NCBI GenBank assembly: GCA_963728565.1
Contig: CAVSLC010000013.1
Span: 256,001-320,000 of the forward strand
Source of the DNA: an uncultured delta proteobacterium
GTDB taxonomy: Bacteria; Desulfobacterota; Binatia; UBA9968
DNA: 64,000 nucleotides
Direction: 5' to 3'
Shown: one piece after another, positions 40,085 through 51,855 of the stretch
Layout of the letters: every line of letters begins with the position of its first letter
How positions within the stretch are numbered: position 1 is the first letter of the stretch
The notes under the pieces: model-generated
Database searches by the model: none
The model's input: only the letters and a program-made list of their open reading frames with translations
What the model was told of the DNA's origin: nothing
Made by a program: the position numbers and the translations under genes

Positions 40085-40234
40085 AGATAACGTAAGTTGA
40101 TCCTGTAGGGGTTCTGTTGCGGTAGGCGATGCCGGTGATCCGATATCCCACGAACGTGACTGGTGGCGGGCCCGATTGATCTTTTGACTAGCGGCACGAC
40201 CCGGTCTGGACCGATGCGATCACGCGGTGTCGAT

Positions 40235-41299
40235 CTAATTGTTTACGCCATCGATCTTAAGGTTGTATAAATTGATGACGTTCTCGCGAACGACCTTCCT
40301 TAACACGTCTTTGGGCAGATGACCGAGCTCTTCAGCGATGACTTTACGGGAATCGGGCCATGTCGATGCCGCGTGAGGATAGTCATTGGACCACATGAAC
40401 GTATCCTGGCCAAAATGATCCATCAGCCATCCGCCGGTGGGATCGCTGAAGAAGGTTGCGTAGACTTGCTCCGTGACATACTCACCAGGAAGCTTTTCCA
40501 TGAAAGGAAGCGGCATCTTGGTGCAAAACCGTTTGTAATATTTATCCCATTCATGCACGAAGAACGGCAGCCACGCGACTTCATTCTCAACGTAAACCAA
40601 TTTGAGTTTGGGAAAGCGCGCCAGGACGCCACCAAAGACTAAATCGAACAGACTATTAGCGGCATCCGTAAGCTTGGTATTGACAGCGGTTCGATAGGTG
40701 TCGAGTCCTGTGCGTTCGAAACGGCTATAGTTAAATCCCGTCAGAATGTGCAGATTGACCGGCATACTCATATCCTGCGCCGCTTCCCAGAATGGGTCGT
40801 AATAGTCGCTGGTAAAGGGCAGATGCTCGGGCGGAACTTGCCAGATCAAGCAGCCGACCAGTCCTTCCTTCTTGCAACGTTCCAACTCTCTGATGCCATT
40901 TTTGATGTTGTAAAGAGAGATCATCGGAATGCCCACGAGACGCCCCGGAACGGCCTGACAATATTCAATCAACCAATCGTTCGCGATACGGAAACACGCC
41001 TGCTGAAGCTCCGCATCCTCGAGCGCGAACAAGCGCAGTCCCAAAGTCGGATAAAGCACCTCAGCGGAGACACCGTCAATTTCCATCTCATCGATGCGCG
41101 CCCGGGGGTTCCATCCTCCGGGTTTTTCACCGGGAGAATTTCGCGCGGGAAACCTTGGGTATTTCTCTTTGAGACCCGGCGGCAAATTCCTGTCCCACAA
41201 ATCCGCCGGCTCGATCACGTGTGAATCTGCCGAAATGATGCGCTCGTCCCCGAGAACCGACTCCGGCGTCCGCAAAGCAGCAGCTGTGCTCATAGCCAT
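40235..41299 (-). CDS. Amidohydrolase_2 family
   Basis: ISADSHVIEP, EVLYPT and WSNDYPH motifs. Confidence 0.9.
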   Translation of the reverse strand: MAMSTAAALRTPESVLGDERIISADSHVIEPADLWDRNLPPGLKEKYPRFPARNSPGEKPGGWNPRARIDEMEIDGVSAEVLYPTLGLRLFALEDAELQQACFRIANDWLIEYCQAVPGRLVGIPMISLYNIKNGIRELERCKKEGLVGCLIWQVPPEHLPFTSDYYDPFWEAAQDMSMPVNLHILTGFNYSRFERTGLDTYRTAVNTKLTDAANSLFDLVFGGVLARFPKLKLVYVENEVAWLPFFVHEWDKYYKRFCTKMPLPFMEKLPGEYVTEQVYATFFSDPTGGWLMDHFGQDTFMWSNDYPHAASTWPDSRKVIAEELGHLPKDVLRKVVRENVINLYNLKIDGVNN

Positions 41300-41513
41300 A
41301 CCTCTCCTTCCCGTGATTGTCTCTTGTTTAGTCCATTCAAATCCGTTTGTCTACGAAAGGAGGCGGCGGATAGTTGAAGAGGGCAGCTTTCGACCGGTTC
41401 TTCGAAAACTGAAGGAGAGAGGGTTTACATGCTTCTGTTAAAGATGCCAGCATGACAATTGCCATCGTTTCAACGATCGTTGGCTCGGCAAGCATTCCTG
41501 CAACAACGAGACA

Positions 41514-42212
41514 GTGACAACCGAATACGATCAACATCACGTAACCGGCTCACGCCGTAGAATCTGGATCGCCATAGGAGTTCTCGTGGCGCTGCTGGGG
41601 ATGGCAGCGGCATGGCGTTGGACGCCGTTGGCCGATCGAGTCGCCATCGGCAAAGTTACCGCATGGGCTATCGCGCTGCGCAGCAATCCATCCCGTGTAT
41701 GGATCATTCTCGGCGCCTATCTTTTCGGTAGTATCGTTTCGCTCCCGATTACGATTTTAATCCTTGCTACCGCCCTGGTGTTCGGCCCGATGGAGGGAAT
41801 TATTTACTCATTCATCGGATCTATGATTGGGGCCGGAGCAACCTACGCGATGGGCTATTTTTTTGGCAGCGACTTCATCCGAAAACTCACGGGAGCTAGA
41901 TGGAAAATGTTGGAACGCAAGATCAACCAGACGGGAATCTTGGCGGTGGCAGCTCTACGCGCAATCCCGATCGCGCCGTTCACCGTGGTCAATATAATCT
42001 CCGGCGCCTTTCAGGTGCCCGTTCGAGATTACCTAGTCGGATCGCTGCTCGGCCTGGCGCCCGGAATAATTCTCACCAATCTCTTCGCGCACCAATTGCA
42101 GAGCGCCATCCGCAATCCCGGATTGGGCAGCTTTGTCTTATTGGCAGTGTTGGTGATCGTCAGCATTTTGGGAACCATCTGGTTGAGACGCAAGTTCAAG
42201 AGCAAAGACTGA
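41514..42212 (+). CDS. TVP38/VTT (DedA-like) membrane protein
   Basis: LRAIPIAPFTVVN motif. Confidence 0.85.
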   Translation: MTTEYDQHHVTGSRRRIWIAIGVLVALLGMAAAWRWTPLADRVAIGKVTAWAIALRSNPSRVWIILGAYLFGSIVSLPITILILATALVFGPMEGIIYSFIGSMIGAGATYAMGYFFGSDFIRKLTGARWKMLERKINQTGILAVAALRAIPIAPFTVVNIISGAFQVPVRDYLVGSLLGLAPGIILTNLFAHQLQSAIRNPGLGSFVLLAVLVIVSILGTIWLRRKFKSKD

Positions 42213-42250
42213 ACATGGCGCGATGATGTAGCAGCGAATCCCTTCTTTGA

Positions 42251-43000
42251 TCAGGGCCCTGTCAAACGCATGCCTGCGTCCACCGGCAAAATTGCCGCAG
42301 TTACATAGGAAGCTTCATCCGATGCCAAATATAGCGCCGCATAGGCCACGTCGTCAGGTTCGCCGATGCGACCAAGCGGAACTCGCGTCGTGTAACGCGC
42401 CAATTTCTCCGGCGTCGATGTATCCACCATCGGCGTTCGGACGGGTCCCGGGCAGATGCAGTTCACTCTAATCTTGTCTTTGGCATGATCCATTGCCATC
42501 GCCTCAGTCAACCTGATCAAGCCGCCCTTGGAAGCACAATAAGCAGCTCGCCCTGCCTGCCCGAGCATGCCGGAGCGCGCGCCGATATGAAGAATGACAC
42601 CGCCGCCGCGCTTTTTCATTTCCGGTATTGCTAGACGCGAAACGACAAATGATCCTTTCAGATTAACGTCCAACGTGCGGTCCCAAGCTTCCTCAGAAAT
42701 TTCTGTGATACTCCCGTTGGTTCTGACTCCAGCGCTGTTTACGACGATATCGAGTCCCCCATACTGCTGGACGGCCGCCGCAATCAACGACTGCATCTGG
42801 TCTGAATCCCCAACATCTCCGGGACGGAAGAGCGCTTTTCCTCCCTGCTTCTCGATCATGGCAACGGTTTCTTTACCCTTAGATTCGGTCCTCGAGGTTC
42901 CGGCTACAGCTGCTCCCTCCTTGGCAAACATCACGGCGATAGCCTGTCCGAGCCCTGATCCAAAACCGGTGATGAAGGCGACTTTGCCGTTCAATTTCAT
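42251..43000 (-). CDS. SDR oxidoreductase
   Basis: TGFGSGLG, NSAG and YCASK motifs. Confidence 0.92.
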   Translation of the reverse strand: MKLNGKVAFITGFGSGLGQAIAVMFAKEGAAVAGTSRTESKGKETVAMIEKQGGKALFRPGDVGDSDQMQSLIAAAVQQYGGLDIVVNSAGVRTNGSITEISEEAWDRTLDVNLKGSFVVSRLAIPEMKKRGGGVILHIGARSGMLGQAGRAAYCASKGGLIRLTEAMAMDHAKDKIRVNCICPGPVRTPMVDTSTPEKLARYTTRVPLGRIGEPDDVAYAALYLASDEASYVTAAILPVDAGMRLTGP

Positions 43001-43294
43001 AATGTACGTTCCTCCTCAGTTGATGAGCATACAATCGACTGTTTCTCACGGTCAACCTCGTTTGTATCCGAGAGTGATCCGTTGGGAAAATTTCAACAAA
43101 CCATATCATGCCCCAGCGCCTCAGATACACGCAAACCTGACTTCCACACGCCTTCAGCGGATTGATCTTTATATCGGTGTGCCGCCCAGGATAAAACTTG
43201 CCTTGAACACCGGCGGCCACCGGCGGCGCCTTTCATTGACTGCATGCAACCGCCGTGTTACGAAGCACGGATTAATTTGTGCAACAGAAGTATA

Positions 43295-44756
43295 TTGAAA
43301 ACCCCTGAATTCGAAGAACTCAAGTCATTGGACCTGCGTCAGTGCGCGACCGTCGGCGATATCGTCACCGGCATGAGATACTGCGCCTTCGGTGCAAGGA
43401 TGCTGGGAGAAGTGGCCAATACGATCCGCCAGATGATCGTATCGAACGAGAACCAGATTATCATCTATGATGGCGTGCAAGACTCTCAACTCGGCCTGCT
43501 TTTGCGCGAGTTCGTGAAAAACAAGTGGGCTCGGAAGATTCTTCTCCCGTCTCAATATGCCAAGCAAAGAACCAGCGGTGAAAACATCCTTGTCATCGGG
43601 GGATTTTCAGAAAGATACGCACCGGCCATTTACACAAAGCCGGCGCGGTCGATTTTCATAAATCCATTCGACATGGCTCGCCCGGGACAGATCAAGGACG
43701 GTTACTTTCCCGATGCCGTTTTTGCCGATCCGCGCTACGTGATGCCGGTGATTTACCGGGCGCTGGACGAATGGATCAACGGCCGAACGGACCTCTGTTG
43801 ACACTCTCCTTACCGATCTCGCACGGTATGGCGGTGTCGCGACGCAAGTCTGGCGGGCAGCAAAAGCGTTGCAAGCGATGGTGCGCGACAGCGGGTGCGT
43901 GCGATTTCTGACTGTCAGCGGAGCCATGACGGTCGGCAAAATGGATTTAGTAATATGCGATATGATCGAAATGGGTTTCGTTCAAGCCGTTTCCTCAACC
44001 GGCGCGCTCATGGCTCATGGGCTTGTTTCATCCATCGGACTTAAGCATTACAAATACAATCCCGCTTATGATGATACCGCTCTGGCGCGCCACAAGTTGA
44101 ACCGGGTGACGGACACGCTCGAGCCAGAAACCAATCTAGACACTGTCGAGAAGGTGGTCGGCGAAGTCATCAAGCACATTGATGGCGTTCGTTCGATTAG
44201 CCCGACCCAGCTAAATAAGGCGATCGGCAAATACCTCGCCGAGCATTATCCAAGAGATCGCGGTATTCTTAAGTCGGCTTACCTCCATGGCGTGCCGGTA
44301 TTCGTGCCTGCTTTCGTCGACTCAGAACTCGGCAACGATCTTTATATTCACAACGTCCGACGCAAGCGGCGTCGGAAGCAACCGATCGTGATGGATTTAG
44401 AGCTCGACAGCAAATTATTAATCGAGCTGGTCACAAACAATAAGCGATTCGGTATTTTGTCGATCGGCGGCGGCGTGCCGCGAAATAATGTGCAAAATGT
44501 TGCGCCACTAATCGAGATCATCAACGAGCGGTTGGGCAAGACTTATCCTGAGCGCCGCTTTACCTATGGGATCAGGGTGTGCCCTGACCGGCCCCATTTC
44601 GGTCACCTGTCCGGCTGCACCTATTCAGAAAACGAATCATGGCGGAAAGCAGTCAAGAACGGTATCTATGCCGAAGTTTTAGCGGACGCGACTCAAGTTT
44701 GGCCGTTTTTGGTCAAGTATCTTATGGGGAAACAAGAGGCCGGCCGCGCGAAATAA
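43295..44756 (+). CDS. Deoxyhypusine-synthase-like protein; frameshift near 43790
   Basis: SGAMT, STGA, PAFVDSELG, GGGVPRN and LSGCTYSENESWRK motifs. Confidence 0.82.
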
Positions 44757-44947
44757 AAGAATCCGCCCCCATAAACAAATCTGATACATTAGAATTTACA
44801 GACACCAGGAGCGAGCCCGAGCCGGACCTTACAGGGACTGAACGGCAGATACTGAGCGGGTGAGCGGAAGCTTGGAAAAGCCGCGCCGGATGGGGTTGAC
44901 GCCAATAAAGCGGGCCAGAATCGGCAGGCAATACGAGTTGTCAATCT

Positions 44948-45547
44948 TTACTTTTGTATTCCTAAAAGCTTTCGGCCGTACTCTTTAACCAATTGCTCGC
45001 GCGCTTCCGAAGGCGGCAAAGTTTTCAGACGGTCTTCGATGCGACCGCGCTCTTCTTGTTTGAGGTCGCCCCAGCGTTCCAATCCCTTCTCAAGAGTGTC
45101 ACGCTCTTCCGAGTCGAGAGGTTGAACAACTGGTTCGGCCGTCTGATTGGAATCCGCCGCAACAACCTCCGCTCGGTCAACTTGAGATCCCAGCACGACC
45201 GCCCGGTTAGGACGCCCGCGCTCATCATAGATGAGGGCGAAGTTCCTAAACCCAATGTTGGAAAGAAGGGAATACACGGCCGGCGCCAAAGGCGAACGCT
45301 CTAGGCGGAGGTTCAACAATTTACTGTCAGCTGACGATGGCAGAGTAAATTGAAAGCCCGTCTGCTCCCGGAAAGCCTGGAGCGCGACAACGACAGGAAT
45401 CTGATCGAAAGCAAAGGAAATATGGTCGTCGCGATATTCAATCCACTGCGGATAGAAAGCTTCGTCCGAGGTTTGCGCGGCGGCTGCTTGGATACCGACA
45501 GTAGCTAGAACCCCGGCGATGGAGGCAATTATGGAATGTTTTTTCAT
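44948..45547 (-). CDS. Secreted hypothetical protein
   Basis: Signal peptide; GAGGTG RBS. Confidence 0.6.
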   Translation of the reverse strand: MKKHSIIASIAGVLATVGIQAAAAQTSDEAFYPQWIEYRDDHISFAFDQIPVVVALQAFREQTGFQFTLPSSADSKLLNLRLERSPLAPAVYSLLSNIGFRNFALIYDERGRPNRAVVLGSQVDRAEVVAADSNQTAEPVVQPLDSEERDTLEKGLERWGDLKQEERGRIEDRLKTLPPSEAREQLVKEYGRKLLGIQK

Positions 45548-45572
45548 CGATCACCTCTTTTCAGGCCGAGCA

Positions 45573-45587
45573 GCAAGTCTTGTGCCC
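45573..45587 (-). promoter_or_regulatory. Sigma54-like promoter
   Basis: GGGCAC-AAGAC-TTGC on the minus strand, upstream of 45547. Confidence 0.55.
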
Positions 45588-46132
45588 CGTCGCGCGCAAT
45601 CGAAAATCGCTATGGAATCACTCGCTTGGAAGATTTTAGCGAGCCGAGCCTGTATAGCCCCGAAGGGAGAAAAAGAACACTTTTGTAGTACAAAGGAGTG
45701 AAGCACCCAAAGCCACCAGCTGGAAGAAACATCTCGCTGTGGCTGGATGCTGGTACCGTAAAGCAAGGAATTGCTGCGGTGGTTACTCCTAGCTCCAAGG
45801 AGCAAACGTGCTTTCCTTTGTAAACGCTCGTCACCGTCGACATGGGGCAGCGATGTCGTGCTGCTGACAGCAATGATGCGAGGAGCCCTGCAACATCAAC
45901 CGACAAAGAAGTCACCTGTTCGTTGATGGCAGGAGTCCTCGCTTCGTCCTAAGAATAGTTTGACACTCTGATACGCGGCTATCTTCGATGAATGTCGCCA
46001 ACGTTTCAGAGCCGTTCACGATTGCCGAATTTTTCCGCCGCCTGTGTTGCTTAGCTTCGCTGCCGCAGAGATCTTTGCTGGCTGTCCATAGAGAAGTTTG
46101 CTAATAATGAAGTCGCCCGCGCACATCCTCGA

Positions 46133-47419
46133 TTGCAGGAAACATTTTTGGAAGAACAGCTCACAGAGTCCGTAGCAACTTCAACTCAGGCACTCCCTAA
46201 GCGTTTCCAATTTCGAACTTTTTCGTCTCTTGGCTACCTGGATTACCGCTATCTTTGGACCGGGACTCTCATGATGAGCGCCGGGCAATGGGTTCAGCAG
46301 GTAGCGCTGGGCTGGCTCGTCTATGAACTAACCGGCTCTTCGGTATTGCTGGGATTATTGAACGGGCTGCGCGCCCTTCCCTTTCTAGTGACCGGACCAA
46401 TAGCCGGTGTGGCCGCGGATCGCATGGACCGGCGACAGTTGATGCTGCGCACGCAGTACGTGCTGATTGGTACCGCATTCCTCATGGGCGCGCTCGTGGC
46501 ATCCGGGTGGTTACAGGTATGGCACATTTTTGTGTTTACCTTGATTACCGGAATAGGTTGGTCGTTTAGCGAACCCGTCCGCCAGAGCCTGATTCCCAGC
46601 GTTGTTCCTAAAGCTGAGCTCGCCAACGCCATCGCGCTCAACTCCGCGGGGTTCAATCTTATGAAAGTTCTCGGGCCGGCGCTCGGCGGGGTAATGATCG
46701 CCGTGTTCGGCGCCGCAGGGAATTTTTGGGTGCAGGGCGCGGCATATGTCATGGTTCTGTGGATGATTCAATTGATGCACGTCCCCGCGACCCACGCCAA
46801 CGCGCTCCGCGCTTCGGCGATGGCCAATCTCAAAGAAGGTTTCGCATATGTGCGGTCTACGCCTACCGTACTGGCGCTGATGATCCTGGCCTACGTGCCA
46901 CGCATTTTCGCCGTGCCCTACCAAACCTTGATGCCGGTTTTCCAAAAGGACGTGTTGCAAGTGGGCCCTGAAGGTCTGGGTCTGTTAATGGCTGCGCCGG
47001 GTCTCGGAGCGGTGTTAGCGGTGCTGACGCTCGCATCGATATCGAGCACGGTCAAACGACAAGGATTGATGCTAATCGCCAGCACCATCATGCTTGGCTT
47101 ATCACTCATATTATTTTCCCAAATAACCTCTTTTCATTTGGCGCTCATTGTTCTAGTCGTCGCCGGCGCATTTCAAATGGTGTTTCTTGCGAGTACCAGC
47201 ACAATGCTGCAGCTCATAGTTCCGGACGAGCTACGGGGCCGGGTGATGAGCCTGTACATGCTTGATCGCGGTCTGATGCCCGCAGGCGCATTGTTTGCCG
47301 GAGTTGTCGCGCACGTCATCGGCGCACCGCTGGCCGTGAGTTCTATGGGAGCGATTGTTGTTGTACTTACGCTGCTGGTAGCGTGGCGCGTCCCTCACAT
47401 CAGGACTCTTGAGAGCTAA
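46133..47419 (+). CDS. MFS transporter
   Basis: About 12 TM segments; GVAADRMDRR and RGRVMSLY motifs. Confidence 0.9.
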   Translation: MQETFLEEQLTESVATSTQALPKRFQFRTFSSLGYLDYRYLWTGTLMMSAGQWVQQVALGWLVYELTGSSVLLGLLNGLRALPFLVTGPIAGVAADRMDRRQLMLRTQYVLIGTAFLMGALVASGWLQVWHIFVFTLITGIGWSFSEPVRQSLIPSVVPKAELANAIALNSAGFNLMKVLGPALGGVMIAVFGAAGNFWVQGAAYVMVLWMIQLMHVPATHANALRASAMANLKEGFAYVRSTPTVLALMILAYVPRIFAVPYQTLMPVFQKDVLQVGPEGLGLLMAAPGLGAVLAVLTLASISSTVKRQGLMLIASTIMLGLSLILFSQITSFHLALIVLVVAGAFQMVFLASTSTMLQLIVPDELRGRVMSLYMLDRGLMPAGALFAGVVAHVIGAPLAVSSMGAIVVVLTLLVAWRVPHIRTLES

Positions 47420-47536
47420 ACGGAGTCAAGATCTTTTTTGTTTTCAAGGAAGCGAGCAGCTGAAGCTGGGATGAAATCTTCACCTACCGACGCGCTCTAC
47501 GGCCCGGCACCGGTCATCGTGGATTAAGACGCCGGT

Positions 47537-48187
47537 TCAACCTGCCGCTGACTTTGGTGGCGCTTGGCCGTGCTGCAATGCCGATATCACTTCTTCGTCC
47601 TCAATCTGAGAAAAGTCGGCGAAGAACTGCCCCACAGCGTGAAATTTGCTTGGCACTTTTAGACAGAACGCAGCGTCACATTCTCGGGCTATCGCCCGAG
47701 CCGCTTCGTGCGAAGCTACCGCCACTGCCGCGATGAGCTCCTTCGGTGTCTGGGCACGGATTGCTCGCAGCGCCGCAACCATTGTCGAGCCCGTAGCCAC
47801 GCCATCATCGACCACGATGACAATGCGACCCTGAGGATCGATGGGCGGACGCAAGGGTGTGTACCGGGCGCGACGCTGCCGCAAAGCTGCAAGCTGCCGC
47901 TGCTTTTCCGACTCGAGATACTCCGGATCCACCCGAGCGGCGTAGTCGGTTACGATCGCGTTCCCGCTGTCGTCGATTGCGCCGATCGCCAGCTCGAGTT
48001 CCTCTGGGTGACTAAGCTTATGAACTAGGACGACATCCAAATCGCCTCCGAGCGCGTCAGCAATGACCTTTGCCATCGGCACAGCTCCCCTCGGGATTCC
48101 AAGAACCAACGGATGCTTGTTCTTATAGACTCTCAGCTTGCGAGCCAGCAAGCGCCCGGCGTGGCGTCGGTTTCGAAATAGCCCCAT
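47537..48187 (-). CDS. Phosphoribosyltransferase family
   Basis: FRNRRHAG, GIPRGAVP and VVDDGVATGST motifs. Confidence 0.9.
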   Translation of the reverse strand: MGLFRNRRHAGRLLARKLRVYKNKHPLVLGIPRGAVPMAKVIADALGGDLDVVLVHKLSHPEELELAIGAIDDSGNAIVTDYAARVDPEYLESEKQRQLAALRQRRARYTPLRPPIDPQGRIVIVVDDGVATGSTMVAALRAIRAQTPKELIAAVAVASHEAARAIARECDAAFCLKVPSKFHAVGQFFADFSQIEDEEVISALQHGQAPPKSAAG

Positions 48188-48529
48188 TGTCCGATGTTAC
48201 ATCCGTTTGCCCATGACAAGTTCAACTTAGTTAACCGCGATTTCGCAAAATCGATCACAGGACCGTCCCCGCCGGGACGTCATACCGTCTTCCTCTCTAA
48301 ACTGAATACGAATTGCAACATCAGGATCGCCAACGACCAAGGCTTGATCAAACGCCATTCGACGTGCGGCAGCAATCGCTTATGACAATCGCCCAGCCAT
48401 CGGTGCTTCGAAAGAGTGGAGCTGTGCGGTGATCTAGCACAGGCCTACTTCTGAAAGCGCTCAGCCTCCAGACGAAGATTATGATGGAAGACCCACTCAC
48501 CCGGTTGGGATGTAAGATGTGGCAGAAAA

Positions 48530-48620
48530 TGGCGGAGAGAGAGGGATTTGAACCCTCGGTACCCTTTTGAGGTACACACGCTTAGCAGGCGTGCGCCTTA
48601 GACCACTCGGCCATCTCTCC
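48530..48620 (-). tRNA. tRNA-Ser(GCT)
   Basis: GGAGAGATGG..CACGC-CTGCTAA-GCGTG anticodon arm, long variable arm, TTCAAATC and CCA end. Confidence 0.95.
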
Positions 48621-48865
48621 TTGAAGGCAACTAATGATATCGGCAATATCAACCAGAAACGAATTGAACCCTTGGCATTCCGATACCACTCGGGGGCCAC
48701 GTTTCAAGCTAGCATAGGACCTCGCCCGATTCCACAATCCCCCAGCTCCTGTTCCCCGCTGTCGGATTACGTTTCTGCTTACACCAACTCTGCCGCGGTG
48801 AATTACGCATCATCCAAGTACTGCCGGTCGAGGTTCCCATCAGGATGCGCGCCGCAGCACAGCAG

Positions 48866-48907
48866 AAAAACGATGAAAGCTGGTTCCGCAGGTGAACCAG
48901 CCTTCAT
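48866..48907 (-). terminator. Rho-independent terminator of the ABC operon
   Basis: ATGAAAGCTGGTTC/GAACCAGCCTTCAT stem followed by a T-run on the minus strand. Confidence 0.65.
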
Positions 48908-48934
48908 TGCAGCCATCAGCCAACTTGGCGGAAT

Positions 48935-50060
48935 TCAGCCTTCCCAGATCGGCTTCACATTGGTATCGAGCCACTTCTTGGGATCTTCGAGGTACAGTTT
49001 GTCAGTGACGGGGATCGCCTTCGTCCCTTTCGGGAACGCCACCTCGATCGAGGTCTTGGATTCGAAATCATTCCGGGAAGACTCTCGGCCCACAGCGTCG
49101 ATGATCTTTTGCCCCTCATCGGAAATCAGCCACTCGGCAAAAAGTTTCGCCGCATTCGGGTGGGGCGCCTTGGCGTAGATACCTGCCTGCCGCGGGAAGA
49201 CGACCGGCGGAACGCTCTTTACGTAATCGATCGGCGTTCCTTTCTCCTTGTCATGTATCACATCGTGCAATAGCGCCGGCATGCAGATCGCATACTCGCC
49301 CGCGACAACAAGCCTAAACATGGCGCTCGTGCTTTTGTGAACCGGCACATTCAGCGCCTTGAGCCCCTTGATAAACCTATTGAATCTCGCTTGATCGTTC
49401 CACTGCGTCCACAGCCCGGCCAGCATCGAACTCAGTGGTCCGGCTCTCATGGGATCGTCGAGCGCTACCTGGCCTTTGTACTTCGGATTGGCGACGTCTT
49501 CCCAGCTTTTCGGGAGATCGGCGGCCTTAAGCTTCTTGGTATTGTAAGTCAGCGCCTGTACCTGCAGGCTTACCGTCGGCAGAGTTGGGTCATGGAGAAC
49601 CAAGCACGTCTTTCTGAACCGTTTCATAAGAGGCCATGGCGCCGGCGGCGCGCAGCACTGACGGCGCATTGTCGGAGAGAATGGTATCGACACTAGGTTG
49701 ACCGCCCTGAAATTCCGTCAAAACACGTGTGACGATCTCGGGATTGCGACCCTGCCAGTATGTCGTTTTGATACCAGGGTAGCGCTTTGCAAAGGCATCC
49801 GTAACCGCGCGGATATGCTCCACATCCCATACCGAGTAGACGATCAAATTCCCTTCCTGTTTCGCTTTTGGATAGAGTTCCTTGCTGACTCTCTCGAACG
49901 CCTTGGCGGCGTTGGCTGTGGCGTTGGACGCCGCTTTCTGACCGCTGCTCTTAACCTCCTTCCCCCCCTTGGAAGGCGCATCTGCCGCTCGCCCCGGGGC
50001 GGTGAAGTAAATGGCCCCCGAGAGTGCGATAGCTGTTACTATCAGATGGTTCTTTTTCAT
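48935..50060 (-). CDS. ABC solute-binding protein; frameshift near 49603
   Basis: Two overlapping ORFs form one SBP (AKQEGNLIVY..PHPNAAKLF). Confidence 0.82.
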
Positions 50061-50097
50061 TTTCGCTCCCCCTTGTTGATGCTGTTTATAAGTCATC

Positions 50098-51750
50098 TCA
50101 CAAACTGAACTTCATTTTGAACGCAAACTTCGCGATGGATACTGCGATAATCAGGATGATCAGATAGATCACGCCGCCGGCCGCTGCTTCCGCCCACTGT
50201 CCTACTCGGAAATATTCAAAGAGAGTAACGGGTCCATATTCTTTGCCGGGCGACGTCAGCAATATGGCAACATCAACGTTGCGGATGGACTCGATAAAAA
50301 TATAGAACAGCGCGCCGCCCACCGACGGTTTCAAAATCGGTAACGTGATCTTGAAGAACACATGGCGCCAACGCGCGCCGTGCACCCAGGCGGCCTCGTC
50401 GAGTTCTTTATGGATATTCACAATGGCACCGGATGCATTGCGAAAAGCGTATGGAAAATACGCTACAAACAGTCCGAGCCCTAGCGCCAATAAACTGTTG
50501 TAAAGCGGGGTACCCAAGAAAATGATCACCAGCCCAACCGAAAGCACCAAGGGCGGAAACGCCAGCGGCAAGGTGCCGATAAATTCAAATATTTTGGTGC
50601 CGTGGGCGCGGGTTCGATAAATCGTGAACGCCATGATGATCCCCGACAACACCGTGACGACAGCAATGGTCACCGAAAGGGTCAGTGAATTGTAAAGGCC
50701 ATTAACGAAACTTGGATGCTTCATCACCGTAAAGTAGTTGGTCAAGACGGCATTGGAAGGAAACTGCATGAAAGTCGAATAATCGAAATAAGGTATCATC
50801 GAGACCACAATGAGCACGATGAACGGGATGGCGATGCCCACCAGAAAATAAAATAGCACGGCGAGAAATGTGATGTACTTCCACGGGCCGATATCGATCA
50901 CTTTGACACGATAGCCCTTGCCGGTAATCGTCGCGTAGCGCTCTGAAAAACGCGTGGCTCGGATATAGAACATCAGAGTGATAACCGAAAGAGCCACCAG
51001 AACCATGCTGTAAGAGGTCGCTAGCCCGGTGTTGAATTCCAAAGCCATGGAATCGTAAACGCGCGCGACAAAAACATTGATACCGCCCGGCGTGCCTTGT
51101 AACACCGGTGTTTCGAACCCGCGCAGGCCGCGCAAAAAGTTGAGGACAAAGGCCGAAAGGAACGCGGGGATCGCCAGCGGAAAGGTTATGTGCAGCATCG
51201 TATGAACCGGCTTGCTGCCTGCGATATACGCGCTTTCCTCGAGTGACGGATCGAACGATAAAAAAACTGGCAGCAAGAAAAGATAGCCTAATGGCACGCA
51301 GGCCAGGCCGAACACCCAAATCATTCCGGCCAAACTGAAGGCGTTAAACCACAGCGGATTGGTCCCGGTAAGTTGCTCGATCATATTGTTGAGGATGCCG
51401 GATTTAGGTGCCAGCAACAGAATCCACGCGATGTTTTTCATGATTGGAGGCATCAAGATAGGATAAAGCGGCATCAGCTCGACCAGGCGTTTCCCAGGGG
51501 TATTCGTGCGCGCGACGATCCAGGCCAGCATTGCCCCGATGCCAGTCCCCAGGGCCGCCGATCCGGCCGCGTACAAAATGGAATTGTTGAGCAGTGACCA
51601 GATCTGTCGGTCGGCAAAAACGCGCAGATAGTTCTCCGCAGAGAATCCGATGGCAGCGCCGAGCTTGCCCGTGGTGACGCTGCGCAACAACACAACGATG
51701 ACCGGAGTAATGATTGCACCCCCGGCAATCAGGCTTGCCAAGATCGGCAC
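50098..51750 (-). CDS. ABC permease (FbpB-like, two TM modules)
   Basis: LEESAYIAG and LDEAAWVHG EAA loops. Confidence 0.9.
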   Translation of the reverse strand: MPILASLIAGGAIITPVIVVLLRSVTTGKLGAAIGFSAENYLRVFADRQIWSLLNNSILYAAGSAALGTGIGAMLAWIVARTNTPGKRLVELMPLYPILMPPIMKNIAWILLLAPKSGILNNMIEQLTGTNPLWFNAFSLAGMIWVFGLACVPLGYLFLLPVFLSFDPSLEESAYIAGSKPVHTMLHITFPLAIPAFLSAFVLNFLRGLRGFETPVLQGTPGGINVFVARVYDSMALEFNTGLATSYSMVLVALSVITLMFYIRATRFSERYATITGKGYRVKVIDIGPWKYITFLAVLFYFLVGIAIPFIVLIVVSMIPYFDYSTFMQFPSNAVLTNYFTVMKHPSFVNGLYNSLTLSVTIAVVTVLSGIIMAFTIYRTRAHGTKIFEFIGTLPLAFPPLVLSVGLVIIFLGTPLYNSLLALGLGLFVAYFPYAFRNASGAIVNIHKELDEAAWVHGARWRHVFFKITLPILKPSVGGALFYIFIESIRNVDVAILLTSPGKEYGPVTLFEYFRVGQWAEAAAGGVIYLIILIIAVSIAKFAFKMKFSL

Positions 51751-51855
51751 AAAGGTTCCTTGGCGGTACGCAAGCTTGAAGGAATTCCAGCTAATTGTCG
51801 TTTCTCCCTGATATGCAGTTTCGCGCGTAATCGATGGAAGGCGTCCGGAATAATC

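Noticed and set aside
48530-48620. Long-variable-arm tRNA as tRNA-Sec (selC)
   Set aside because: The anticodon is GCT (Ser), not TCA.
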